64,000 bases of DNA, taken from assembly GCA_051294375.1 (NCBI GenBank), contig CM119270.1, positions 8,915,213 through 8,979,212 on the forward strand, given 5' to 3'. Every line of letters begins with the position of its first letter. Within the stretch, counting starts at the first letter, position 1. This document shows, piece after piece, positions 15,401 to 26,832 of this stretch. Below the pieces are notes generated by a model, which worked only from the letters and a program-made list of their open reading frames with translations, did not search any database and was not told the origin of the DNA. The position numbers and the translations under genes are program-made. Source of the DNA: Paraspadella gotoi. Lineage: Eukaryota; Animalia; Chaetognatha.

Positions 15401-16511
15401 TTACAAGATTTTGCTCCACAATCAAATAAGTAAAACTAAATGAGGTATAAAGAGACCGACAAATTTGCTAACAGTGTTTATAGCTTCCAAAATCTTTGTT
15501 AATTTAAGTTTCATATCCAGTAACTACTATGTACTTAACTTTAATATAATATACACTGTAAAAAATTGTTCCGAGTTACCTTTACCAACATTTTTTATTT
15601 TTATGTCGTATTTGTTGACTAGCTATTGTTAACTGTAAGAAATTTACTAATTTACGTCTGCTGGTAATAAAAACGATTCTTGTATCTCTTTTAATTTTTT
15701 AGCATATTCAAGAAAAATAAAAAGTAACTAGAATATAACTTTGCTGTTTATACTACAATAAAATGTTTCAATAACATGGCGTAAAGGAGTACACGATAAT
15801 CAATATTAGTTATTATCATTATTATTTCCAGTTAGTCATTCTCAAATTGTAAACATAGGAAAATTTCTGAAACTTGATCGAGAATGACGAATCATTACGA
15901 AACGAGACGGGAACTTCAGATAACTAGATAAAGTGGCTGGAGGAAGATAACTACTGCCCGCAGAGTAGGATTCCCTCTTTACCCGAGTGACGCGATGCTT
16001 TTTCTACTCTTTTTACGTATTGTTTACCATTTTTTTTCGCTTCGTTGCGCCCGCAGTCTGCAATAAAATATTGTTGATGCTGCCACACCATTGAGGTTAT
16101 ATAGAATGCCTTCAAGCCATCGTCATTATACTCCAATTTTTGAAAACTGGAAAATTTAATTGAAGTTTCTTCCTTTTTTTTGGTAATTTGAAGATAAAAA
16201 CTAAATAGCTTAAAAATATTATTCAACTTATAAGCTTTGATGCAAAAGTGATATACCGATTCTCAGGTTGGCAGAACCTTTTTGAATTTCGTCAATGCAG
16301 ATATCATGGCGTCGATGATCTCCATAGAAATGAATAGTAAGCGGGAAAAAACTCAAAATTGGTTTAAACAATGACAAAATTGGGTAATTTAACTACCGAT
16401 ATAAATTTTATCATAAAAGACATAATGACAGTTTCGGGTTGCAATTTTTGTTAAGGTGTTTATTAAAGATCGTCAAAATAAAAAAAAATTAAGATTTAGG
16501 ATTTTAGTTAG

Positions 16512-16910
16512 ATGCATGGAAGCTATTTTATATTATCTAAATACTATATAATGTTAAATTTTTTTTTAATAAATTTTAATTTTTTTTAACGGATTCTGAT
16601 AGAACTTTAAAAGTTAGATGAAGGTTATTATTACAACTTTTTAAAATTTTAATGATCTATAAAAATTAACAAAAACTATAAAATTTAATGAATGATGATG
16701 ATGATGATTTTTTAAGTTTTTTTTAATTTTAGCCTCTTTATCATTATTTTTTTAAAAATTTGTAGTACTAACCTTTATCTAACTTTTTATCATAATCCAT
16801 TTTTAAAAATTTAAATTTTCTAAAAAAATTTTTAAGCATTTCTTATATATTGTTAAATATTAAAATCTTCCATGCATGAGGAAAATTAATTTAATAAAAA
16901 TCTAACATCA
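16512..16910 (+). mobile_element. Repeat family B copy with short inverted termini (MITE-like)
   Basis: ATGCATGGAAG (16512-16522) and CTTCCATGCAT (16867-16877) are perfect inverted repeats. A reverse copy lies at ~60445-60860. Confidence 0.65.
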
Positions 16911-17113
16911 TAAATCAATTATGTTGTCAAAGGACAGACAGACTTTTTCATATTGTAAAAAATGTTAAATTCTGGCCCGCCTTAGTACGTATACGTTTGA
17001 GGAAACTTGCCAGAAGGCAATCAAACAGTTTATTGAAAAAAAAAGTTTTTAAATCTGTTGTTAATGTAGGTTGCTGTACAGGTGTTAATAACCAAGAAGA
17101 AACCAAAATTGGG

Positions 17114-20100
17114 ATGAACGAAGACGGGGACGAAAAGCGGGAGATTCACAAAACGGGTATGTAATTAATGTTACGTATATATTTTAATTAATTAAATGTC
17201 CTAACTTTTTTACTTTGTTTTTCTTTTATTAGACACCAAAAAGAATGAAGGATTTATCGGTCAGCGAATTATTGCAATTACTTTTATATGCTGTTTATTT
17301 ATCGTGGTTCTTTATATAGTTCAGCAGTAAGTATTAGAATATGTAACGGTTTTAGTCATGGATCTTCTAACAAAAACATTTTATTTACAAAAAAATTCAT
17401 CTCAAACAGAATGTCATCTACCTCCACGTCAATAATCGCTAACTCGGCAATTTCCGGCGCTCTCACAGGGGGGCTGCCCTCATTAAATTTAGGTAACCTT
17501 TTTTTGTTTGTAAATTCACAACTTAAGTTTCTGTTCTGATAATATTTTCTTTCTTATTTCATTATGGATTGATTTATATTCTGTGAAGTGTCTTGGACCT
17601 CCTTAACAAAATTAGTTATTTCTTGAAATCAGGCATTCGTCAAGATTACGAGCTTCAAGACTGTCGTCCAGAATCGAGTTTGAAACACTCTTTCCCGGAT
17701 TTGGATTATTTTTTCAAAGGCTATAACATTTTTGAGGGTTATCCTTTGACAGACAATGTCGACCCAGGATTCACGCATCAAATATTTAAAGTACGCTTCC
17801 ATGTTAGAACTAGAAAAAAATAGAAGCCTAGAGATTTCGATAATTTTGGCATCTTACTAACATCTAGGAAATTAGAAAGAATTTAATGTTTAAGCTACGT
17901 ACCAAAAAGAATTAATTACTGAGGAAGAATTTATTTTATTATAAAATTAAATAAAATTTAAACACTTAGGTTTCCTTCATTCCGGGCCGACAAACGGCCG
18001 ACTGTCGGTACAGCGTCCCGGAGGGGATCGAATTGATGCCAGCTTTGGCCTGTCGGACGGACTTGGCCTCATCCGTCATCAAGACCCAATCTGAGCTCCA
18101 GTCCTCCATGGGAACTTTTCTCCAGGCTGGGGGAGGCTACGCTGGGTTCAGCTGCAGTGCGAACGCGAACTACAAGCAGGCATGGCGATTTGCATTTGTA
18201 ATTTTAATTGTAACTTTAACTAAAATAGCGAAAAGCCTACAAGTGAAAGTCGCGTACGAAAAAATTACATTTCCGTTTATTGTGTTCATTGATACGTAAC
18301 CATCAGTAAATTTTTATTTTTCTTCCTTTGTTGCGAGACAATTTTATGATTTAAATCATGTTTCTAAAACTTGTTCAAGGTGTTAAAATTGACAGTCACT
18401 GAAATAATTTTTTCATGACATCAGGAATCGGCAATGATGTCAAGCGGTGAGATTGTTATCATCCGCCAAATCGCGAAATGTAATCACTATCAGGCGAAGT
18501 TGGACGAGATTATCGGCCCGGATTTTTCTGATTCCTTTAAGGTAAGATAAATAATTATACATTGTACCTACGTAGTGAAGCTTCGAAAAATGATCCATTT
18601 TGGTTAAAGTCATTTTCCTTTTTTTCATTTTTTTCATTATATTCATTTATTACTCGAAACATAGCAGTTCATATTTTAGCCATATGTATTGTATTGTATA
18701 TATATTTTATATATCATGTTTGGTTTTGACAGAGCTATCATTCTCCATAGTACCTCATTAAATTATATGACGTGGCTTTTAAATTGAGTATTTACTGCTC
18801 TAATGAAATTAGCGGTAGTCTGTTCGACTGACAAAAATAGAGAATGGTTCGTCTCTCAGCTTAATAAGACAGTGTAGTGGCTTAAGCATACATTATACAT
18901 TTATGGATTTCTTCTTTCAATGTTTTTCTGCCTTTTTACCGCATTAAATCTATTAGCACTTGAGTTATATAGTTTTTCGTATTTTTGAATATCATTTTCG
19001 TCTTTTTGTGACCGACGGAGTTAAAAATATCATCCAATCTGCGCAGCCGAGAGTTAAAATTCGTGAAAGCCGCCTCGAGGATTTCCTGCAATAATTAACT
19101 AAATTATCTTTTTAACGTTTGAGTGGAATGTCTTTTTCCTTTTAATCTAAGCTGATGTCTTAATTTTTCCAACAAAGTTAAACGTAACGTTTTGTACTAA
19201 AAAAAAACAAAATACGAAAATTATTGTCACCCTGTTCCGAGGATTTCTTTATGATATTTTATAGTATATTTATAGGATTTAATAAAAAAAATATTTTAAA
19301 AATGCGTAAATCTCTAATACCGTCTTACTCCGACATTACTTTTCTTTTGTAATCGAATATTTCGGCTTTGTGCTTCTTTTTCGGCTCAATTTGGTAAATA
19401 AGACCGTCTTCTAATCGAAAAGGAGAAAGCAAACAAAGGTAAGAAATTTGGAAAAGCAATGTTACTGGAGAAACTGACAAAACAAAGATTCTGTTTAAAG
19501 TCCGTATAATTTTGGCAAATAGTTTAAATATTTTTTATAAATTTTTTTACGCTATTCGACTATTTTAGAAAGATATGTTTAAGTTATAACTACTTTCATC
19601 GATTAAAATTGGAATATAACCCGTGAAACTTCAAGAATTTTTTTGACGTCTGGTAAACATAATGATTTATTTCTATTAAAAAAACACAATGATTTATTTC
19701 TATGAATTAACACACAATACAGCTCAAACATAAGGATTGAAGTAAATATTATTCGGTTGTTCAGAAAAGAAAAATTCTTCTTCAGAAATCGTTCAAAATT
19801 AATATATAATTTTTTATATTGGTTGTTCGAACCCGTAACATTTTGATGTGAAAATCATGCATGAGTAATGGTCTAATTCTACACTCCATTTCTGCTAAGC
19901 ATTAGTGATTTAAAATGATCTTTTGTAACCGAGAATACTTATTTTCCTAAACACAACCGTTAAAAACAACCGAATTATATATTACATATGGATGCCCCTA
20001 CCGTACAGCCGAGTCTTATTTCTTCTCGTATTTTGTTACAGTTTGTAAATTTTAGCGTAAAAGATGGCGTCAACTACAACTCGTCTAAACTCCATCAAAG

Positions 20101-23100
20101 ACGCGATCGGCGGATGCTTGAAAAAATCCAGAGACATCTGCTGTTGCTTCCGTAAAGAAGCTGACCCAGACAAAAGATCTCGTAAGCTGAGTAACGGCGA
20201 ACTAAAAAAAACAAAATTGCAGTTGATCAGACTCGGCGGTACAGTTTGCGGGATCGAATTTTGCTACGCCGCGGAAACTGGTAAGTGGATGCGAATAATA
20301 TGTAATGTAGTATTTTATTATTTTTTTCTAGTTTTATGCTGAGATTCGAGCTCTTCTCAATAATAATTAGACAGGATCAAGATTTATTAAAAAAATTTAT
20401 AAGTCAAGTTTTGAAAATTTAAGGGCACAAAAGGTATTACGTACATTCACGATGAAAGGCAATTTCAAGAGTTTGGAAGTTAAAGGCTTTTATTGAAAAT
20501 CCCAATAGTGAATTTATATTTAAAAATTAATCTCTAAATTAAAAATCGAGAAGAGTACATTTACATCAGGAAGCCTGAAATATTAATTTCAAAGGGAAGC
20601 GTATGACTATATTTAAATTAGGCTGAATAAAACTAATTCCCATTTCCCATCCTAGCCTTCGTCAGCCCCATCCTTCTCAATCTCGGCGTCCCCGTCTACC
20701 TCATGACTCTCGTTTGGTGTCTCTCCCCGATCCTGGGCTTCTTCCTCGGGCCTCTCCTCGGATCCCTCAGCGACAACTGCCGCCTTCGATTCGGTCGTCG
20801 ACGCCCCTTCATCTTCCTCTACTCTTTGGGCATCTTAACCGGTCTCCTCCTCGTGCCGCGAGGGGCGTGGCTCGGGTTTTTGTTGGGCGACGCAGATTCG
20901 TCGATCCAGTCCGCTTCCGAGGCCCTTCAAGCTTCCCAACTTCTCTCCAACACTTCGTCCACTTACTCTCCTGATCGGATTCCGATCTCGGCGCGCCCCT
21001 GGGGCACGGCTCTCACCATAATAGGAGTGATGCTGCTGGACTTTTGCTGCGACTGCTGTCAATCCCCCACCCGCTCCTACCTACTCGACGTGACCGCGTC
21101 GGAGGAGCATCAAGAGGGCCTCTCGACGTTCACCATAATGGCCGGCCTCGGCGGCGCCATCGGCTATGTCATGGGCGGAGTGGATTGGGAATCGGCAGGC
21201 ATCGTCTCCCTCGGCGGCATCGACGAGCCACTTGGCGGCAACGTCTTCCTCTTCGTCTTTTTCGTTTACTTAATCTGCCTGACGGCGACGGTGACGGCGT
21301 TCAAAGAGATTCCCTTGGAGAAGATCGTCGACGGAGAGAAGAGTCCGCTCTTGAAAGACACCTTGGATGACGAGACGAAGAGAGAAACTCCGGAAATTGA
21401 CGCCGGTTTGAGCCAAACGGAGATGATGACGATGGATTCTGGAATTAAGAATGCCGGCTACGGAACCGTAGAGGTCATGGATGGAGAAGCGGCGCCGGAA
21501 ACAGAAGCGACGCCGGTTGACTCTGAACCGGCTTCCGGCGCCACGGAAGAAGCTCGAGGCGACGCCTCTTCCTCTTCTTCTCCCTCTCCTTCTCCCCCTG
21601 AATCTCCAATCCCAGAATTCACCCTCAAGACTTACATCCTCAGCATCTTTAACTTGCCTCGATCCCTTTTCCTCCTATGCCTGACCAACCTATTCTGTTG
21701 GATGTCGCTCGTCAGCTACAGCCTTTACTTTACCGACTTTGTCGGTCAGTCAGTCTTCGGTGGCGATCCCAACGCCCCACCGCTCTCCGACACCCGCGAG
21801 GCCTACGAGTCGGGCGTGCGGACGGGCTCCTTCGCGATGGCGCTCTACTCGATCTCTTGCTCCATCTATTCGTCGAGACTGGAGAGTTTGATCGAGAGGT
21901 TCGGAGCTCAACGACTCTACGTCGGCGGCCAGTTGGTCTACGCGACAGGGGCGTTGTTGATGGCGCTACTTCCATACAAGCCCACCATCTTTCTTCTGTC
22001 CCCGACTGCGGGGATAATGTACGGCACCCTGTTCACCATGCCCTACATCATCTTGGCCAATTACCACTCGCTTCAGGTCTTTGATGAAGGGGGCTCCTCC
22101 AAGCCGCCGCGGAAACGCGGACTCGGCACCGACGTGGCCTTGTTGTCTTCAATGGTGTTCGTAGCGCAGTTTATTCTATCGGGATTCATGGGTGCGGCCG
22201 TTCACGTGACCGGAAGCACGAGGACGGTAATGGGCGTAGCGTCGGTTTGTGCCACCGCGGGTTCGATCGCCGCTTCGAAGGTTTTGTACCTCGACTTGTA
22301 AAGTTTTACGAGGTTCGTCGGCGAACAAAACGTCAACGGGACCAAGATTAAAAATAAAGCGGAAGTGGAGTTCAAATGATTAAGATATTTTAAATATAAA
22401 ACAAACATAAAAACATAAAAATTGAAAATCCTTAATAATGCGGATAGCTAAGTGAAGATACAGATTTAACTTTAATCTTTCGTCCAAAAGATTCAACTTA
22501 TTTCCAATTTGAATTCAATTTGTCTAATTTTTTCACGGATTTTTCATCAAAGATTCAGGATTGTTCAATATTTAAAAAATCTTAAAAGCATAAGGATCGA
22601 GCCACCTTTCGATGGTAACCAAATATTGATGCGATGATAACCAAATATTGATGCGATGATAACCAAATATTGACGCGATGATACCAATAATTGATGCGAT
22701 GATAACAAAATGACTGATTGTGATGATAATCAAATGATTGATGCGATGATAGTCATTCATTGATATGATGATAATCATTCATTGATACGATGATAGTCAT
22801 TCATGGATGCGTTCATTCATTCATCGTAAATAAAACAAACAAATGCGTGTATGAGTGAAAGTCAAAAAACGAACGATCGTACAGAGAGAGAGAGACAGAA
22901 AGACAGAGAGAGAGAGAAAGAGGACAGAAAGAGAAAAAGAGAGACAGAAAGAGACAGAAAGAAGAGAAGCTGGAAGCCAGCTGAACAGTCACTGCAGAAC
23001 CTGAACTCGTTTTTTAAGGGTTCAGAAAAAGCAGCAACTGACAAAATAGGAAAAAAAATATATATATTAATTTAAAAAAATAAAAGAAAGGCAAAAATAT

Positions 23101-26100
23101 GTTACAATTGTTTACAATTGGAAATTTTTCCAATTTTTTCCAATTGCAGCTTGTAAAAGATTTTATTTTTATTTGTATTAAAATTAAGATATAGCTTCTA
23201 TTAAAAAGTTATTTTGAGTTCCCATTTTTATTATAGATTTAAAAAAAAATTTTTTGAATTTCATCTTCAATATTATATAATGCAATATGTAAATTAGATT
23301 AAAGCATTTCTATATACTAATTTGGATATTATAATGAGTACTATAATTTATTTGCATATTGCAGTAAATCATAATGAAGTGGAAATTCAAACAAAAAAAT
23401 ACTTAAATCCAAATGTAATACAAAAATATCAAAGCTATTTCAAGATGAGAAGCCATATCTAAATTTTTAACTTACTATGATTGCACACTTTGTAAAACTT
23501 TATCATAATTCATAATATTTTTATTTAAAAAAAAACGGTAAGTCCCAACCAAACCTATAAAAGCGTGGTAGTTTTTATATAAAAATAGCGTGACGACGAC
23601 GACGACGACGCCGACGACGACGACGACGTCACAAAGAAGCAAATCTAAAACATTATAGAGCCTGAACCGGCTCGCGGTCAATGGCTGCGATAAAAAAAAG
23701 AAGTAAATTATCATGTTGCAATGATGATTGAATAATTGATTGAATGATTGAATAATTTGAAACATTATTTAATATAATTTGTCATTTGACGGTATGATCT
23801 CGGGAATCCATTATTACTGAGGTCATTTTCTCTCTATCTCTCTCTCTCTTTTTTTCTCTCTCTTTCTCTCTCTCCCTTTTTCTCTCTTTCTCTCTCTCTG
23901 ACCTCTTCCATCGGTTTCTGTGATAATTTTCTATATATTAGAACTTTCTGTATTTCAGTATTGTCATTTTATTAATCATTAGCATGTTTTTTAAAAATAG
24001 TTATAGACGTATTTAAAAGGGAAACAGATATTTTAAACAGGTTCAATAAAGAAAATATAATGAATCTTCTATAGTATATTTGATTTTTAAATTTCTCAGT
24101 CGTCAGTCAAACTATTATTGGAGCTAGTTTCCAACGTTTACGAACTCCAGTTATGACTTATGTGAACCAAAAGTCGTGTTCAGGCCTACAAGTGTGTTCC
24201 TCTTACTTTATTATCCTGTATTTTTTGTATTTTATTATTTATTTCTTTTACCTATAGTAAGTAATAAATATAATAATATGTTGTGGCGGTATATTCACCC
24301 CGCCTCACGTCCACCATCATTCAGCCAATACCATTGGCTCAGAGGGTGAACACACCTTCCCAAGCGTTGTGTTCCATCCACTGTCCTAACGACTTCCTTC
24401 TGCAAAGGCCAATGGCCACAGAGGCTCAAATTATAAGCACCACCCTGCAAAATTCCCTAACTCCTCATTCGCCCCGCCAATCTAGTATACACTATACTAT
24501 ATAGAGTAACCGCGCCAGTGACTGGATGCGTCACTGAGGGTCGGAAGCCCCCAAAGCCAACAGTGAGATGCCCCATTCCAAAGGGCATCACAGGCAGCCC
24601 GGCTGTTGCCATAATTTACTAATATTTTTTAGTTTTTAAAGTCTTAAAATAAATTTTGAATGGTAATAATAATTTAAAAATATTTTTTTATGCTTCAGGT
24701 CTCCGTTAAGGAATTCGCCGAAAATCTCCACGATGCCAAGGAACACGCTCGAAAGTTCGTGGACTATTGGGGCACCCACTACTTCAAGAACATGATCTTC
24801 GGTGCCTCCTTCGTAAAAACGGAGGAGAGAACCGTGACCGTGCAGCAACAGAGAGAAGCCCGAGAAGCCAGCGCGAGCGTCCAGGCCAGCGGATGGGGCT
24901 TTTCCGCTGGTGCCGGGGGCAGCTCGAGCTCTTCCGAGAGTCAAATGTCTTCTCAAGCCTCAGGCAAAGTCTCCGTCGTCTCCATCGGCGCCCCTCCACC
25001 GGCCGACAACGACGGTGCGACATGGGCGGCGAGCGCCCAACGCTTCCCCGTCCCCATCAAGTACGAGGTGGAAGTCCTCAGCGAGCTTTTTCGCGAAGAC
25101 GGCTTGGGGTCATCTCTCCGCGTCTCCGCCAAGGACATGAGGATCATGAGAAAAACGGTGGCCGCCGAATTGGAGAGTCGCAAAGTGGGCGGGAACTCTC
25201 TCGCTGTCGACGGATTCTCCGTTCCCAACTTTGAGATCGAGCACAGGGCGATTAGAGTGATAACCACCGATCTCGACATGTGTCGTCAGATTTGCGGCTC
25301 CACTCCCGAGTGCTTCATGATCAGTCATTTGAACAGAACCGAGAGCAATTGCTACTTATTCGGCAATCAGGTTCAGAATCAGCGGAAACGAGAGGGTTGG
25401 AATCAAACCACAATCGTTCTAACATCCAAGATGCGATATTATAAAGCGGACGTCCTGCTCTCGAACATAGTGATCAAAGGCAGCGATATCGGTGACGATC
25501 GAGGATCGAATCGAAACTCTCAATACCTTTGTCTGGTCGAATGCAGAAAGTCCTTCGAATGCGTCGCCTACACTTACTTCCTAAACGAAACCTGTCGGCT
25601 CTTCAGATCCTCGGCGAACGAGAGGGTGGAGCTGAAAGGGTTCGCGATGATCAAGGACGGGCAGGAATCGGACAGGGCGGAGTCCCGCATTTTGCACAGA
25701 ACCGACGACGTGAATCTCGAAGTTTTTGGATTCTTGCTTCAGATGAGAGAGTCACCATCGTTGCCAAAGTTAGATTACGACGAGAAAATTCACGGATCCG
25801 TCCTCGAATTTCAAAAGAAGTGCAGTCAAATCTGCATGGAGGAAAGGAATTGCGTGGCCCTGAGCAAGAGCAGGAATAATTGCACCTTTCACAGCGAGGA
25901 TGATTCGGTTCACGAAATGACTGGAAAGGAAAATAACTTTTTCACTGCCGAGATTCTCTTAGACAAACTGAAGATGATGAAGGAGGTGATTTCCCTGCAG
26001 AAATTTATGGTCTCCGGGTCACCGTTTCAGAATGTCAAGGCCTATTCTCCTTACGGTTGTCAAAATCATTGCAGAGCCTCGCAAAAATGCGATTTGTCAA

Positions 26101-26204
26101 TGTACGCTCGCTCGAATGGTACGTGTTCCTTGTTCTACAGGGGAAAGGTGGTCGGTCTTAAAGCAAATGACGAAACGAACACGTACATGATTGGAAGCAA
26201 TTAG
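17114..26204 (+). CDS. MACPF (perforin-like) domain protein with N-terminal signal-anchor and four PAN/Apple-like modules, ~736 aa
   Basis: Exons 17114-17156, 17233-17326, 17410-17492, 17633-17790, 17970-18179, 18425-18541 and 24699-26204 join in frame (2211 nt). Hydrophobic segment RIIAITFICCLFIVVLYIV; MACPF start FPDLDYFFKGYNIFEGYP...DPGF...IF; signature FVDYWGTHYFKNMIFGA; P.PIKYE..LSEL end; four Cx3C-x5-C...C modules. A possible further upstream exon lies at 16267-16336. Confidence 0.88.
20064..22301 (+). CDS. SLC45-family (MATP/proton-associated sugar transporter, MFS) protein, ~620 aa, nested in the MACPF intron
   Basis: Exons 20064-20280 and 20656-22301 (phase 1, 1863 nt). Family motifs GIEFCYAAETAFVSPILL, GSLSDNC..RFGRRRPFI, LLDFCCDCCQSPTRSYLLDV, YFTDFVGQSVFGGDP and RGLGTDVALLSSMVFVAQ. 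AATAAA at 22353. Confidence 0.95.
22610..22810. repeat. Degenerate ~22-23-bp minisatellite (gatgcgatgataaccaaatatt)
   Basis: About 8-9 diverging tandem units are visible. Confidence 0.8.
23080..23700 (-). mobile_element. Helentron/DINE-like non-autonomous element, copy 1
   Basis: ~600 bp inverted homologue of 34200-34830, with an internal (GAC)n microsatellite and a hairpin next to a terminal T-run. Confidence 0.65.
24282..24613 (+). mobile_element. Putative solo LTR of a second family
   Basis: GC-richer island TGTGGC...GCCATA with imperfect inverted ends and flanks ATGT/ATTT. Its first ~70 bp recur inverted at ~62497-62566. Confidence 0.6.
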
Positions 26205-26306
26205 GTCAATTAAAATGTTCAGATTTCCTTTCCGCCTGTAAAGAGCATAAATATAGAGCTTAAATACGGGTTTGTTTTATTTTAATTATTCGGTTTAATT
26301 TTGGTG

Positions 26307-26832
<526 letters not shown>

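Noticed and set aside
15951-16226. 91-aa minus-strand ORF
   Set aside because: No motif and no supporting splice structure; probably non-coding sequence upstream of the MACPF gene.
22610-22810. Regularly spaced repeats suggestive of a CRISPR array
   Set aside because: No unique spacers and no cas genes in a eukaryotic context; it is a simple minisatellite.
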